Of a stretch of DNA of 64,000 nucleotides, positions 20,988 to 29,939 are shown piece after piece. Each line of letters starts with the position of its first letter. The stretch's first letter is position 1. This stretch comes from a virus: IMG/VR virus record IMGVR_UViG_3300042485_001041, positions 1 through 64,000 of that record; one strand, given 5' to 3'. Made by a program: the position numbers and the translations under genes. A model generated the notes under the pieces. It saw only the letters and a list, made by a program, of their open reading frames with translations, was not told where the DNA came from and ran no database searches.

Positions 20988-21558
20988 AAATATCGACGGT
21001 GGTTTAACCGAAGACGATTGCAACATTGCAGTTGGTATTGATCAATCGTTGACAGGATTTGCCCTTTCAGCGGTTCAAATAGATGACCCATCTAAACATC
21101 TAACATGGGTTTATAAATCTCCTTATTTTGGTATTGAGAGATTAGCCGATATCCGTCAATGGTTAACAGACCACCTTCATTATCTAAATGAAAAGTTCTG
21201 GATCGAAGATATAGCCATGGAAGGTACAGTTCTAGCAAGTCATGCAGCCCTAGTATTAGGGGAACTATCTGCCACAGTTCGTTTATCTATCTTTGATTTC
21301 TTCCACGATGAACGCAAATATCCGCTAAAAGTTCCACCAATGACCTTAAAGAAGTATGCAGCAGGTAAGGGTAATGCCAAGAAACAGGAGATGCTCCTAC
21401 AAATTTACAAGCGATGGGGTGTTGAGTTCAACGACGACAACGCAGCCGATGCCTACGCATTAGCCAGATTAGTTGGCGGAGTGCAAATTGATGCTATTGA
21501 GAAGGCTGTAGTTGAGCAAATGAAAGATGCTAAATACCGAGACCAACCACGTATTTAG
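20977..21558 (+). CDS. ruvC: RuvC-like resolvase
   Basis: VGIDQSLTG, IAMEG, P.TLKKYAAGKGNAKK, DNAADAYAL. Confidence 0.8.
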   Translation: MPTKNIDGGLTEDDCNIAVGIDQSLTGFALSAVQIDDPSKHLTWVYKSPYFGIERLADIRQWLTDHLHYLNEKFWIEDIAMEGTVLASHAALVLGELSATVRLSIFDFFHDERKYPLKVPPMTLKKYAAGKGNAKKQEMLLQIYKRWGVEFNDDNAADAYALARLVGGVQIDAIEKAVVEQMKDAKYRDQPRI

Positions 21559-21611
21559 CCTTACCCTTTAGTTCAGGAGTGGCACACCAAATCGAACTAA
21601 AGGACTAACAA

Positions 21612-21899
21612 TTGAATAACGAGAGTATCCCTACCGAAGAAGACTTCCTACGGGTAAGTGCAAGTTCAAACCCTCAGAGTGTTGCCTCAGCCATTGCTCA
21701 TGCAATCTATGATAAAAAAGAAGTAAAACTTCGTGCTGTAGGAGCAGGTGCCGTAAATCAGGCAGTTAAAGCCATTGCAATTTCTAGAGGCTATGTAGCC
21801 CCACGTGGCATGGATCTATCCTGTGTACCAGGGTTTACTACTATCCAGAGCCGTGACGGTGAAATTTCGGCCATTGTCTTTGCCATTACAGCACACTAA
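21612..21899 (+). CDS. spoVS: SpoVS-family protein
   Basis: LRVSASSNPQSVASAIA, AVGAGAVNQAVKAIAISRGYVAP.G. Confidence 0.85.
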   Translation: MNNESIPTEEDFLRVSASSNPQSVASAIAHAIYDKKEVKLRAVGAGAVNQAVKAIAISRGYVAPRGMDLSCVPGFTTIQSRDGEISAIVFAITAH

Positions 21900-21936
21900 A
21901 ACAGTTCTATCCTTGTACTTAGATTAAGGAGTCAAC

Positions 21937-22398
21937 ATGGCTAATTGGACAGATATGGGTCACGCAATGCGTCGCCGCATGGGCGCACCTTCAAACCATC
22001 ATGAAGCGACAGGAGCCTCAATGAGCAACAGAACTAACCTAACCCCAGAAGAGATTATTGCTTCAGTAGAGCACGCAACCAGCCCACGTCGTTACATGGG
22101 TATGATCGCCAGTGCTGTAAACGTGACTGCAACATCTCCACTAAAAGGCAAACTTATGCCTAAGAAGAACACACAAGCAGCCGATCCAACTATTGCTAAC
22201 AAGGCCAATAAGAAGAACGTTCTTGCAGGAAATGCATCACAGGCTGAACGCTTGGGTGCTCGTTATTCTATCGGTGTTAAGTTTCCAAAGGGAACAAACA
22301 TTGAGTCATCATCAACAATGGGTAGCGCAAGAATGGTTCCATCTGTTTCTGGTCGTCAAGCACCTAACTTTGATGCTGGAATGAGCGGCCCTTACTAA
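21937..22398 (+). CDS. Small basic/disordered protein
   Basis: AAGGAG RBS; low-complexity. Confidence 0.6.
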   Translation: MANWTDMGHAMRRRMGAPSNHHEATGASMSNRTNLTPEEIIASVEHATSPRRYMGMIASAVNVTATSPLKGKLMPKKNTQAADPTIANKANKKNVLAGNASQAERLGARYSIGVKFPKGTNIESSSTMGSARMVPSVSGRQAPNFDAGMSGPY

Positions 22399-22399
22399 A

Positions 22400-22648
22400 A
22401 TGTTATCGCAGCCCCAATTTCAATCAGGGCAGGCGCAACCGCAGGCACCTGATGCGCCACCTCCGTTGTCGTTGAGCAAAAACACAACAGGTAGTGCAGC
22501 GCAGGCTACTGCATGGAGTAACCGCAGTCTTGGTGGAGGTAAGCCTCTTGCTTACTCAAGTAAGACTCGTGGCACCACCTTTAATTGGGACGATACGCAA
22601 CAAACAAACTTGCCTTCATCCGATAAGGGTGCTGGGCGAAATGAGTAA
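22400..22648 (+). CDS. Disordered protein with LSxxQF N-terminus
   Basis: MLSQPQF... Confidence 0.6.
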   Translation: MLSQPQFQSGQAQPQAPDAPPPLSLSKNTTGSAAQATAWSNRSLGGGKPLAYSSKTRGTTFNWDDTQQTNLPSSDKGAGRNE

Positions 22649-23168
22649 AAAAAGTCCTCGTATAAATTCTGAAACTTTAACTCGACCTACTGGATTTCAC
22701 CCTGCGTTGAGTGCTGTTGAGTTTGCCGCACGCACAAATGCTAAGCCATTGGTAGACGAACATGGCGTAGAGCGTGGTTTAACTATGAACGTGCACACTG
22801 GCGTTACGACCGATGAGAAACCAGCAGTTGGTTACGCAGTTGGTGGAGAGCGTGATGTTCAGGGCAAACGAATTAACACCAAAAAAGTTAGTTCAGGAAG
22901 TAAAGACCCTAAATTAACCGCAAATGATGTTTCTAAGTTCTCAGAAAAGATACGAATGGGAACTAAGGACAAGAATGTAAACATGGGTTCATGGGTAGAC
23001 TCAAGCAAGACAAAGAGTGGTGTTCAACTTGATGCTTCTCGCGTCTATACAGATAAAGAAGAAGCCACAAAGAAGATGGAAGAACGTAAAGAGGACGCTA
23101 TGTACGATGTACAGACCTTTGAAACCATTCGTAACACCAAGAAGAAGCCACGAGAGAAGAATAAATAA
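22641..23168 (+). CDS. Basic hypothetical protein
   Basis: ATG at 22641 overlaps the previous stop; G.W.D...V.LD pattern. Confidence 0.6.
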   Translation: MSKKSPRINSETLTRPTGFHPALSAVEFAARTNAKPLVDEHGVERGLTMNVHTGVTTDEKPAVGYAVGGERDVQGKRINTKKVSSGSKDPKLTANDVSKFSEKIRMGTKDKNVNMGSWVDSSKTKSGVQLDASRVYTDKEEATKKMEERKEDAMYDVQTFETIRNTKKKPREKNK

Positions 23169-23701
23169 TGGCTGGCGGTCCTAACAACCTTTCAGCCTCA
23201 CAGAACTGGCAATCACTCGGTGGTGGCGGATTTAATGGCTATAACAATCAAGGCGGTGCAGGCACTCCTGTAGCCCGTGACACGATGGATAGCCTACGCA
23301 TTGGCGTAGGTCGAGTTCCTTCTGCCGAGTATCCAGATGGTTATCTTGGAACAATTCGTTCACGTCGTGATGACCGTCTGTTAGATTCAATTAAGAATCG
23401 CGTCAATCAAAAATCTTATCAACGTGGTGTACATAAAGGTGAGCGCATTGAGCCATCAATGTACTACTGGCCTGAAGAGGTTAACCCTATGATGGGTATT
23501 CAACGTCAAATGGCAGCAGTTATTGATACTTCATCAGGTGCAACAGTTTACCGTTCATTGCGTAACGCTCCTCAAATCCACCTAACCCCTGCTCCTCACC
23601 TTGTCAATGATGGCAAGGCAAATACAAGAGCAGATGAGCCAGGTCAGATTAATGCCCGTCGTCAAGCAATGCTTGCATACTTGAGACCAGCGTGGAACTA
23701 A
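23168..23701 (+). CDS. Hypothetical protein (probably virion-associated)
   Basis: Coupled ORF; YPDGYLGTI, RGVHKGERI segments; NNLSASQ near N-terminus. Confidence 0.6.
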   Translation: MAGGPNNLSASQNWQSLGGGGFNGYNNQGGAGTPVARDTMDSLRIGVGRVPSAEYPDGYLGTIRSRRDDRLLDSIKNRVNQKSYQRGVHKGERIEPSMYYWPEEVNPMMGIQRQMAAVIDTSSGATVYRSLRNAPQIHLTPAPHLVNDGKANTRADEPGQINARRQAMLAYLRPAWN

Positions 23702-24064
23702 ATGACACAGAAGTTTGATGGAGTTTACGATCACACAAAGCCATGGCGTGCACCCGTTCAGCCAGACCTTGTAGCAAAGAAGTACTCCTATTACGGCCCA
23801 TGGGCATCCAACATGGAACGCCTAACACAACAGGCGCTAATGATTATGAATGTTCCAGGCGCTGATATTCAAGCGATGGTTCGTCCACCTCTGCCTCAGA
23901 TCCAGTTGTTTCCTGCTCGTTATGGCTACGGAGACCGCTCACAGCCAGGTATTGATGACATTGTGACTATCGACAGAAATTACACAGAGCCTCGTGTATC
24001 TTGGTTCTCAGGTGGCGTTGCTGGTTATCAAGCAGCCGAGCGTAATGGATTGGGCGGTATCTAA
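23702..24064 (+). CDS. Hypothetical protein
   Basis: Coupled ORF. Confidence 0.6.
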   Translation: MTQKFDGVYDHTKPWRAPVQPDLVAKKYSYYGPWASNMERLTQQALMIMNVPGADIQAMVRPPLPQIQLFPARYGYGDRSQPGIDDIVTIDRNYTEPRVSWFSGGVAGYQAAERNGLGGI

Positions 24065-24261
24065 TGGATGGTGACGGTATGCTATCAATGGAATTACAGG
24101 CTCGTCAGATTGCTGAAAACGCAACACGTTACAACGGTTCTGCCCCATGTCCAACCTGTGGAGTTGTTATGAACCCTGTAGAATTTATGAACAATAAAGG
24201 TCACTGTTTGTCCTGCGTAACACAACGCAAGGCATCCATAGCGAAAGGTAAGATGGCATAA
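24064..24261 (+). CDS. Small zinc-finger protein
   Basis: CPTC...CLSC. Confidence 0.6.
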   Translation: MDGDGMLSMELQARQIAENATRYNGSAPCPTCGVVMNPVEFMNNKGHCLSCVTQRKASIAKGKMA

Positions 24262-24659
24262 TGGCTACTAATGGTATGGATTCATTGAGCAATAACAAAC
24301 CGCCACGTAAGGCAAAATCAAATCCTATTATTTATAAAAAGGAAAAGCCTTCAATGAAACCTGCGATGAGCGAAGACCGTAAGTCTTATCAAGTCAGTAA
24401 AAATGTAACTGTACTTGGCGGCGGCATCGGTGGCGAAACTAAATACCGTAACAAAATTGACTCTAGAGATTTAAAGGGTGCTGCACAAGCAGTTCGTCAA
24501 AATGTAAATGCTGTTACTCCTATTTCAAAATCAGAAGCAAAAGCAAATGCTCGTGGTTTAAAGGCTGCAAATGCGTCAAAGAGATCACCTTCCGCTTTAA
24601 GTCAAAAGATTGCAAAGAAGATGTACCCAGCAGGCGTACCTAAGATGGGAAAGAAGTAA
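24261..24659 (+). CDS. Lys-rich basic protein
   Basis: Coupled ORF, very basic. Confidence 0.6.
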   Translation: MATNGMDSLSNNKPPRKAKSNPIIYKKEKPSMKPAMSEDRKSYQVSKNVTVLGGGIGGETKYRNKIDSRDLKGAAQAVRQNVNAVTPISKSEAKANARGLKAANASKRSPSALSQKIAKKMYPAGVPKMGKK

Positions 24660-24661
24660 TC

Positions 24662-24868
24662 ATGGCCGTTAATATGACACGCTCAATGAACCAATCACTG
24701 GCTAGTGGTGCTACCGATGGTAAGTACCGCAAAATTCGCCCAGATACAGAAGTTATTCCTGGACAAGGCAATGAAGAGACACTAGCAAATCGTCAATCTC
24801 TACATCCTTTCTACGGTTATGGTTTCATTACATCTGAGTATCCAAACAAAGTTAATCCAGGGAAGTAA
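24662..24868 (+). CDS. Hypothetical protein
   Basis: Coupled ORF. Confidence 0.55.
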   Translation: MAVNMTRSMNQSLASGATDGKYRKIRPDTEVIPGQGNEETLANRQSLHPFYGYGFITSEYPNKVNPGK

Positions 24869-24870
24869 TT

Positions 24871-25143
24871 ATGCGAAGCAAACCAAGAAGCCCACTTCTA
24901 GGTGGAAAACGTATGCTTGCAAATGAAATGCCAAAACCAGGTAGCAAGTATTTTCCAACATCAAAGGTAACCCCAGAAGAACATTTATCTCATCCTGAAA
25001 CACGTATTGGATTAGATCCAAATACTGGTAAATCAGTTGTATACAGCGGTGAACTTGGTGGACGCCATGTTGTTGATCCTGTTCCAGTAAGTGGTTCTTT
25101 TTTGGCTCGCAACTTCCATGATCGCAGAAAAAAAGGTAAGTAA
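24871..25143 (+). CDS. Basic hypothetical protein
   Basis: Coupled ORF. Confidence 0.55.
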   Translation: MRSKPRSPLLGGKRMLANEMPKPGSKYFPTSKVTPEEHLSHPETRIGLDPNTGKSVVYSGELGGRHVVDPVPVSGSFLARNFHDRRKKGK

Positions 25144-25292
25144 TGTTTGGTAACTTGTCCAGCCCTCAATTTGGCAGTTCAATGCCTAAACCTAAAATGG
25201 GTGCAAGCGCAGGTCCTCTTGGGTCTTCTAATATGCCTAACCAATCAGGTTCTATGGGCAGCAAAATGATGCCTATGAGAGGCGGAATGTAA
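25143..25292 (+). CDS. 49 aa Met/Gly/Ser-rich peptide with NLSxxQF tag (not in ORF track)
   Basis: MFGNLSSPQFGSSMPKPKMG...; TAATG coupling. Confidence 0.6.
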   Translation: MFGNLSSPQFGSSMPKPKMGASAGPLGSSNMPNQSGSMGSKMMPMRGGM

Positions 25293-25294
25293 TC

Positions 25295-25684
25295 ATGGCT
25301 ATTATCCGTAAAGGCGACAAAGAAGCAGAACATAAACTTAATCTCCGTGCTATAGCACAATCAGGAAATAGAAACAAGGCTTCTGATAAGAAGACAACTA
25401 AAGCAGGACTTTCTTTTATAAACAAAAATAAAACAGCAATTACCGTTGATCCAAGTAAGATAATGGTTTCAAAAGATAAATCAGGAAAATCTTCTGCAAA
25501 TTATAGAGGAGACTTTAAAGGCCCAATTAGTGGGTCAGCAATTGCCTCTTCAAAAGCAAGTAAAAAAAGAACTTTAGAAAGACAAGGTTCTGGGGTAATT
25601 CAAAGCGGAAGATTGGTTAAGGGCGGCGGTGTTGCTCGAATTGCTGGGTTGGCTAAAGACGTTAAAAAGAAATCAGGTAAGTAA
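25295..25684 (+). CDS. Lys-rich basic protein
   Basis: Coupled ORF. Confidence 0.6.
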   Translation: MAIIRKGDKEAEHKLNLRAIAQSGNRNKASDKKTTKAGLSFINKNKTAITVDPSKIMVSKDKSGKSSANYRGDFKGPISGSAIASSKASKKRTLERQGSGVIQSGRLVKGGGVARIAGLAKDVKKKSGK

Positions 25685-25686
25685 TC

Positions 25687-25872
25687 ATGGCTAATCCAGT
25701 TCCAGATCGTTCACAAGATAGCAAAGACGCAAAAATGGCTAGAGATATGGTCAGTGGCATGACTGGAAACATGAAAGCCAAATGTGGCCACGAAGATATG
25801 CTCGGTTATTTTTCAGGAACAGTATGCGGTAAGTGTGCTCGTAAAAACCAAAAGAAAGCAATGGGTAAGTAA
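25687..25872 (+). CDS. Small basic protein with CGH..CGKC
   Basis: Starts MANPVPDRS. Confidence 0.55.
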   Translation: MANPVPDRSQDSKDAKMARDMVSGMTGNMKAKCGHEDMLGYFSGTVCGKCARKNQKKAMGK

Positions 25873-25874
25873 CT

Positions 25875-26165
25875 ATGGCAGCAACAGCCGTACCTGATCG
25901 TGGGGATGACCCAAACCGTCGTATAAATGTAGGTAAATATTCTATTGAGTATGGACATAACCCTTTTACAGGACAACCAGAAGCGTGGGCGGGATCTTCA
26001 GCACGTCACAACTGGGGAAGAGCCTATGCCTCAACTATGCATGAAGACGGGAGTATCTCTCACGGTTCTCGTGGAACTGACCCTGTTCCTGCAAAGTATG
26101 TACAAACACATATTGAACGGACATTAAGAAATATGCCTTCAAAAAAACCGAATTTAGGTAACTAA
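25875..26165 (+). CDS. Hypothetical protein
   Basis: Starts MAATAVPDRG. Confidence 0.55.
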   Translation: MAATAVPDRGDDPNRRINVGKYSIEYGHNPFTGQPEAWAGSSARHNWGRAYASTMHEDGSISHGSRGTDPVPAKYVQTHIERTLRNMPSKKPNLGN

Positions 26166-26167
26166 TC

Positions 26168-26485
26168 ATGGCACAAAGAGTTGCTAAAACTAATAGGGCA
26201 AAAGCCCCAGACTTTATTGCCAGCAAGATTCCTTTTGAGGCATCAGCGCTATCTGGCTTAGAAGGCTCACGCCACGATACTGGAATGATGCCAGAGAGTG
26301 AAGCATCACGTTACAAGAGCGCAAATCCTTCTTATACAGTTATGTCCTATGGAACCCCTATTGCCTGGCATGGTGATAGCGGTTGGGATATGTCAGCAGC
26401 AAAACATTCAAGAACTACTTCACGCCATCAAGGTATCGTTCGCCGCGCTATCTTCCAAGACGGCCATGATGGAGCACGTCAATAA
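26168..26485 (+). CDS. SYGTPIAWH-family protein (paralogue of 45411-45704)
   Basis: YTVMSYGTPIAWHG..GW......S.TTS.HQG.VRRAI. Confidence 0.7.
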   Translation: MAQRVAKTNRAKAPDFIASKIPFEASALSGLEGSRHDTGMMPESEASRYKSANPSYTVMSYGTPIAWHGDSGWDMSAAKHSRTTSRHQGIVRRAIFQDGHDGARQ

Positions 26486-26658
26486 TGTCTAACCTTTCCT
26501 CTAATCAATTTAATAAGAAATCTTTTAAAAACATGGTTATGGGTGCTCGTCAAATTACAGGGAAAAATAAAAATAAGAAGTTAAAGCGCGACCCTAATCA
26601 ACGGATACCTAATCCATCAAAGGGTATTGGAATTGAGTACGCGAATAACAACGGATAA
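26485..26658 (+). CDS. 57 aa basic peptide with NLSxxQF tag (not in ORF track)
   Basis: MSNLSSNQFNKKSFK...; TAATG coupling. Confidence 0.6.
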   Translation: MSNLSSNQFNKKSFKNMVMGARQITGKNKNKKLKRDPNQRIPNPSKGIGIEYANNNG

Positions 26659-26693
26659 TCTGTTAAGATAATCGGACTACTACAAGGAGCACA

Positions 26694-27239
26694 ATGAGTA
26701 ACGTACCTCTACTAGGACAAAAGAAACAAGAAGAGCCGATGATTCGGCTGCTATTCTGTCTTGTCTGCCAAACTATTGATGAGTTACCGCCCTATGAAGG
26801 GCCAGAAGAACAAGATCACCTTCTCACTATTGCGTGTGAAGCACACGTGTTTCCATCAGGTGAACCCCACAAAGGTAAGTTATTCGTACTACCTATTCGT
26901 GCTTGGGCACATACTGAATCAAAGAAAGAAATTATTCGCCAGATTAAAGGCGGAGGATCTGCTGGTTTAGCATCCATTGATGAGACCTTCTACGAGTCAC
27001 GTTCTACCTTTATGGAAGATGCTATGACTTGCTACAAGCGTCATAACAAACCAAAAGATGGATGCCCTGATTGGCACGATAATGATTTAATGTTGATTCC
27101 TAAGACTGAAAAAGATCGTATCAAAGAAGGCATGGGAAGTTATAAGGATGCTCCTGGGCCAAAGACTTACTTATGTGATTTCTGCCCTGTTGCAATCGGT
27201 GTAGCAGAGCGTAAACAAAAACTGTTAGGACTAAAATAA
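26694..27239 (+). CDS. Cys/His-containing hypothetical protein
   Basis: AAGGAG RBS; CLVC, C...H....C, CDFC. Confidence 0.6.
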   Translation: MSNVPLLGQKKQEEPMIRLLFCLVCQTIDELPPYEGPEEQDHLLTIACEAHVFPSGEPHKGKLFVLPIRAWAHTESKKEIIRQIKGGGSAGLASIDETFYESRSTFMEDAMTCYKRHNKPKDGCPDWHDNDLMLIPKTEKDRIKEGMGSYKDAPGPKTYLCDFCPVAIGVAERKQKLLGLK

Positions 27240-27517
27240 TGGGCGAATCAAAAAAGATCCAGGCTGGATTCTCAGTAATGATAAACGAAGATGGAACACT
27301 AACAACTACAGTCTTTCCTGCAGATGAGAACGTAGCAAGACAAGCAACTACCTTTGACATCTACGGATGTAGCAAAGAGTTAGTAGATGACATTGAAAGC
27401 CAACTACTGGCTGACCGTGTTGCCAAGGCTGTTATCGCCAAGTTAATGCCACCTACGCCAGAAGAAATGGCAAAGGCTCGTATTGCTGAGGCTTTAGCCG
27501 AACGTAAGTCTGAATAA
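27239..27517 (+). CDS. Hypothetical protein
   Basis: Coupled ORF. Confidence 0.55.
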   Translation: MGESKKIQAGFSVMINEDGTLTTTVFPADENVARQATTFDIYGCSKELVDDIESQLLADRVAKAVIAKLMPPTPEEMAKARIAEALAERKSE

Positions 27518-27534
27518 CCACATAAACTAGGGGT

Positions 27535-28473
27535 ATGAATCGCCCTGACGGATTAGACCAGATAGTCGGCCCAGTAGTCGTACAGGGTTCTGCTACCTCT
27601 TACTTCTCATCCCCAGAATCTGGGCTTGATCCAAAGTTATTTACTGGCACTACCTTAAATGGTTGGGTGCGTAATGGTTTGCTACAACTGCTATTTGGTT
27701 TCCTAGGCGAAGAATACCGTCACTCAGATATTTGGGCAAAGGTATGGATCGCTGGTTCTGGCGTATCCTACCAATGGTCTGCTGCTCGTGAGCCAGGAGA
27801 CTTAGATGTTCTAATTGGCGTTGACTACATTCAATTCCGCAAAGCACATCCAGAGTATTCAGGTCTAACTGATCTTGAAATTAGCAAGATGCTTAATGAA
27901 GATTTCCGCGAGCACTTACAACCAGAGACAAAGAACTGGAACGGTTACGAAGTAACTTTCTATGTTAATCCTGGCGCTACAGATATTAGATCAATCAAAC
28001 CATACGCTGCCTATGACTTGACTCATAGCGAGTGGACTGTCTTCCCTGAAAGATTTGGCGCTCCACATAACGCTGTATGGGAAGAGATGGCAATCAGAGA
28101 TCGCACTAATGCGATGGATATTGTTGCTCGTTACTCAAAAGCGATGACAGATGTACGTGGAGCACAGAACGATCCAGCACGCCGTAACGCAGAGTCACGG
28201 CTACAACAGGCGCTGATGCAGGGTCATATGTTGTTTGATGACCTTCACGCAGCACGTCGCTTAGCATTTAGTTCTACAGGGCAGGGTTACTCTGACTTCT
28301 ATAACTACCGCTGGCAAGCAGGTAAGAAGTATGGAACTGTACCTGCTCTTCGTCAGATGCACGAGTACTGGCAAGCATCTAAGAAAAAAGAAGCAGATGA
28401 AACTTACGGTATTGAACTACCAGATACCAACACCTTGATTCGTAGAGCAGCAACGTATAGGGCAAAAGGATGA
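27535..28473 (+). CDS. Pol-beta superfamily nucleotidyltransferase
   Basis: hAGSGVSYQW......GDLDVLI motif. Confidence 0.75.
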   Translation: MNRPDGLDQIVGPVVVQGSATSYFSSPESGLDPKLFTGTTLNGWVRNGLLQLLFGFLGEEYRHSDIWAKVWIAGSGVSYQWSAAREPGDLDVLIGVDYIQFRKAHPEYSGLTDLEISKMLNEDFREHLQPETKNWNGYEVTFYVNPGATDIRSIKPYAAYDLTHSEWTVFPERFGAPHNAVWEEMAIRDRTNAMDIVARYSKAMTDVRGAQNDPARRNAESRLQQALMQGHMLFDDLHAARRLAFSSTGQGYSDFYNYRWQAGKKYGTVPALRQMHEYWQASKKKEADETYGIELPDTNTLIRRAATYRAKG

Positions 28474-28994
28474 GTCAAGATTACGTAGGTCAACACTCTG
28501 CGCCAGATCCTGAATTTGGTGCTCCGATGCACGATGTCACTGCTAATGGTATGTACCCAAAAGATTTTTATGAAAAATCTCATCACTATGTTAGCGGTGC
28601 TGAAACAGGTTCACACGAATCAATGAGCGCAGTTCGTGCTGTTAAAGGTAAACGGCACGCTTATGTAACTGTGTATCGTGCTGTGCCTCACGGAGTAAAA
28701 GGCGCAAAGATTAATGAAGGAGACTGGGTTACTCCCTCAAGAGAGTACGCCAAAGAACATGGTCGCTCTAACTTAAATAGCAAATATAGAATTATTAGTG
28801 TTAAAGCAAAAGCAGGACATCTTTGGAACGATGCTAACTCTATAAACGAATGGGGCTATCATCCATCGGCTCATATAGAGCCTCGTACCCCCGAAGAGAA
28901 TGCAAAAAGACAAGCAGACTTTGCAGCCCTTAACGAACGTTTGCAATCTAGAAAGGCTCATTTACAAGCCTTTGAAGAAGGAGCAGGAAGATGA
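28470..28994 (+). CDS. ADP-ribosyltransferase-like protein
   Basis: VYRAVP...GDWVTPSREYA..H...NEWGY (R/S/E-like arrangement). Confidence 0.5.
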   Translation: MSQDYVGQHSAPDPEFGAPMHDVTANGMYPKDFYEKSHHYVSGAETGSHESMSAVRAVKGKRHAYVTVYRAVPHGVKGAKINEGDWVTPSREYAKEHGRSNLNSKYRIISVKAKAGHLWNDANSINEWGYHPSAHIEPRTPEENAKRQADFAALNERLQSRKAHLQAFEEGAGR

Positions 28995-29443
28995 GCGCAC
29001 GTAATTTATCTTTGGCACAGCACCTTGCTGCTGGTCAACTACCTATGTTTATGACAGGTAAAGAGATACAGACTCATTTACATCCCTTTCATGGTGATCG
29101 TGAAGGGGTGGCCACAGACAAGCCAGATCCAGAAGAATGGGGTGGCAAAGAACTTCGACCAGAAACTAATAAAGAAGTGTGGGAAAGAAAGTACGACGAG
29201 TCAGTAACTAATGCTGACATGGGTGGCGCAGAGCACGGTGATAAGTACAGTAACTTGGCACAGGATATAGCCCATGAAGGTTTTAAATCCCCCCGTATTC
29301 CTGTAAACCTAGACAGACAAGAGGTATTGGGTGGTCATCATAGAGTTGCAGTTGGGGCTGAAGAGCACCCTAACCATCTTTTTCCAGTAGTACATTATGA
29401 CAACATACACGAAGCAAGGCATCAATTAAAAGAGCACTATTAA
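28991..29443 (+). CDS. ParB/Srx-like domain protein
   Basis: DIAHEGF...IPV......VLGGHHRVA; RNLSLAQ N-terminus. Confidence 0.6.
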   Translation: MSARNLSLAQHLAAGQLPMFMTGKEIQTHLHPFHGDREGVATDKPDPEEWGGKELRPETNKEVWERKYDESVTNADMGGAEHGDKYSNLAQDIAHEGFKSPRIPVNLDRQEVLGGHHRVAVGAEEHPNHLFPVVHYDNIHEARHQLKEHY

Positions 29444-29450
29444 GGACTAA

Positions 29451-29939
29451 ATGAACGTACTACTATCACTAGACGGAATACTAAGTTCGGAATCAGGCGA
29501 GCCAAACCGAGCAGGAGTACTTCTCTACTACGCCCTAAACACTAACAACCGCGTAGCCATCATCACCTCTCGCAAGAAAGAGGATGCCGAGCACTGGCTC
29601 TTCTCTCACGGAATTATTGGCTATGACGATTTGATGTCGTTGGAAGTCCACCTTGAAGGTGAGGACTTAAAGAAACGACAGTTTACTTTGAGCCGTAGTC
29701 GTGCTCCGATCGAGATGTACGTTGACTCTGACCCTTCAATGTGTGCGTGGGTCTTTGAGCATCATGCCGTACCCACTATCTTGCTCTCACACCCCAGTTA
29801 CATCCCAGTTGAGTTCCGACCAGATGCCCCACAGGGCGTTCGCAAGTGGTCTGACATAGAGGCTGCCATCACTCGTGTGAATGTCGCTAAGTCCAAGGGT
29901 GCAGGTCAACCTAAAGACTTAGAGTTCTGGCAAGACTAA
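29451..29939 (+). CDS. HAD-fold protein (degenerate motif I)
   Basis: LLSLDGIL, IITSR, YVDSDP. Confidence 0.55.
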   Translation: MNVLLSLDGILSSESGEPNRAGVLLYYALNTNNRVAIITSRKKEDAEHWLFSHGIIGYDDLMSLEVHLEGEDLKKRQFTLSRSRAPIEMYVDSDPSMCAWVFEHHAVPTILLSHPSYIPVEFRPDAPQGVRKWSDIEAAITRVNVAKSKGAGQPKDLEFWQD

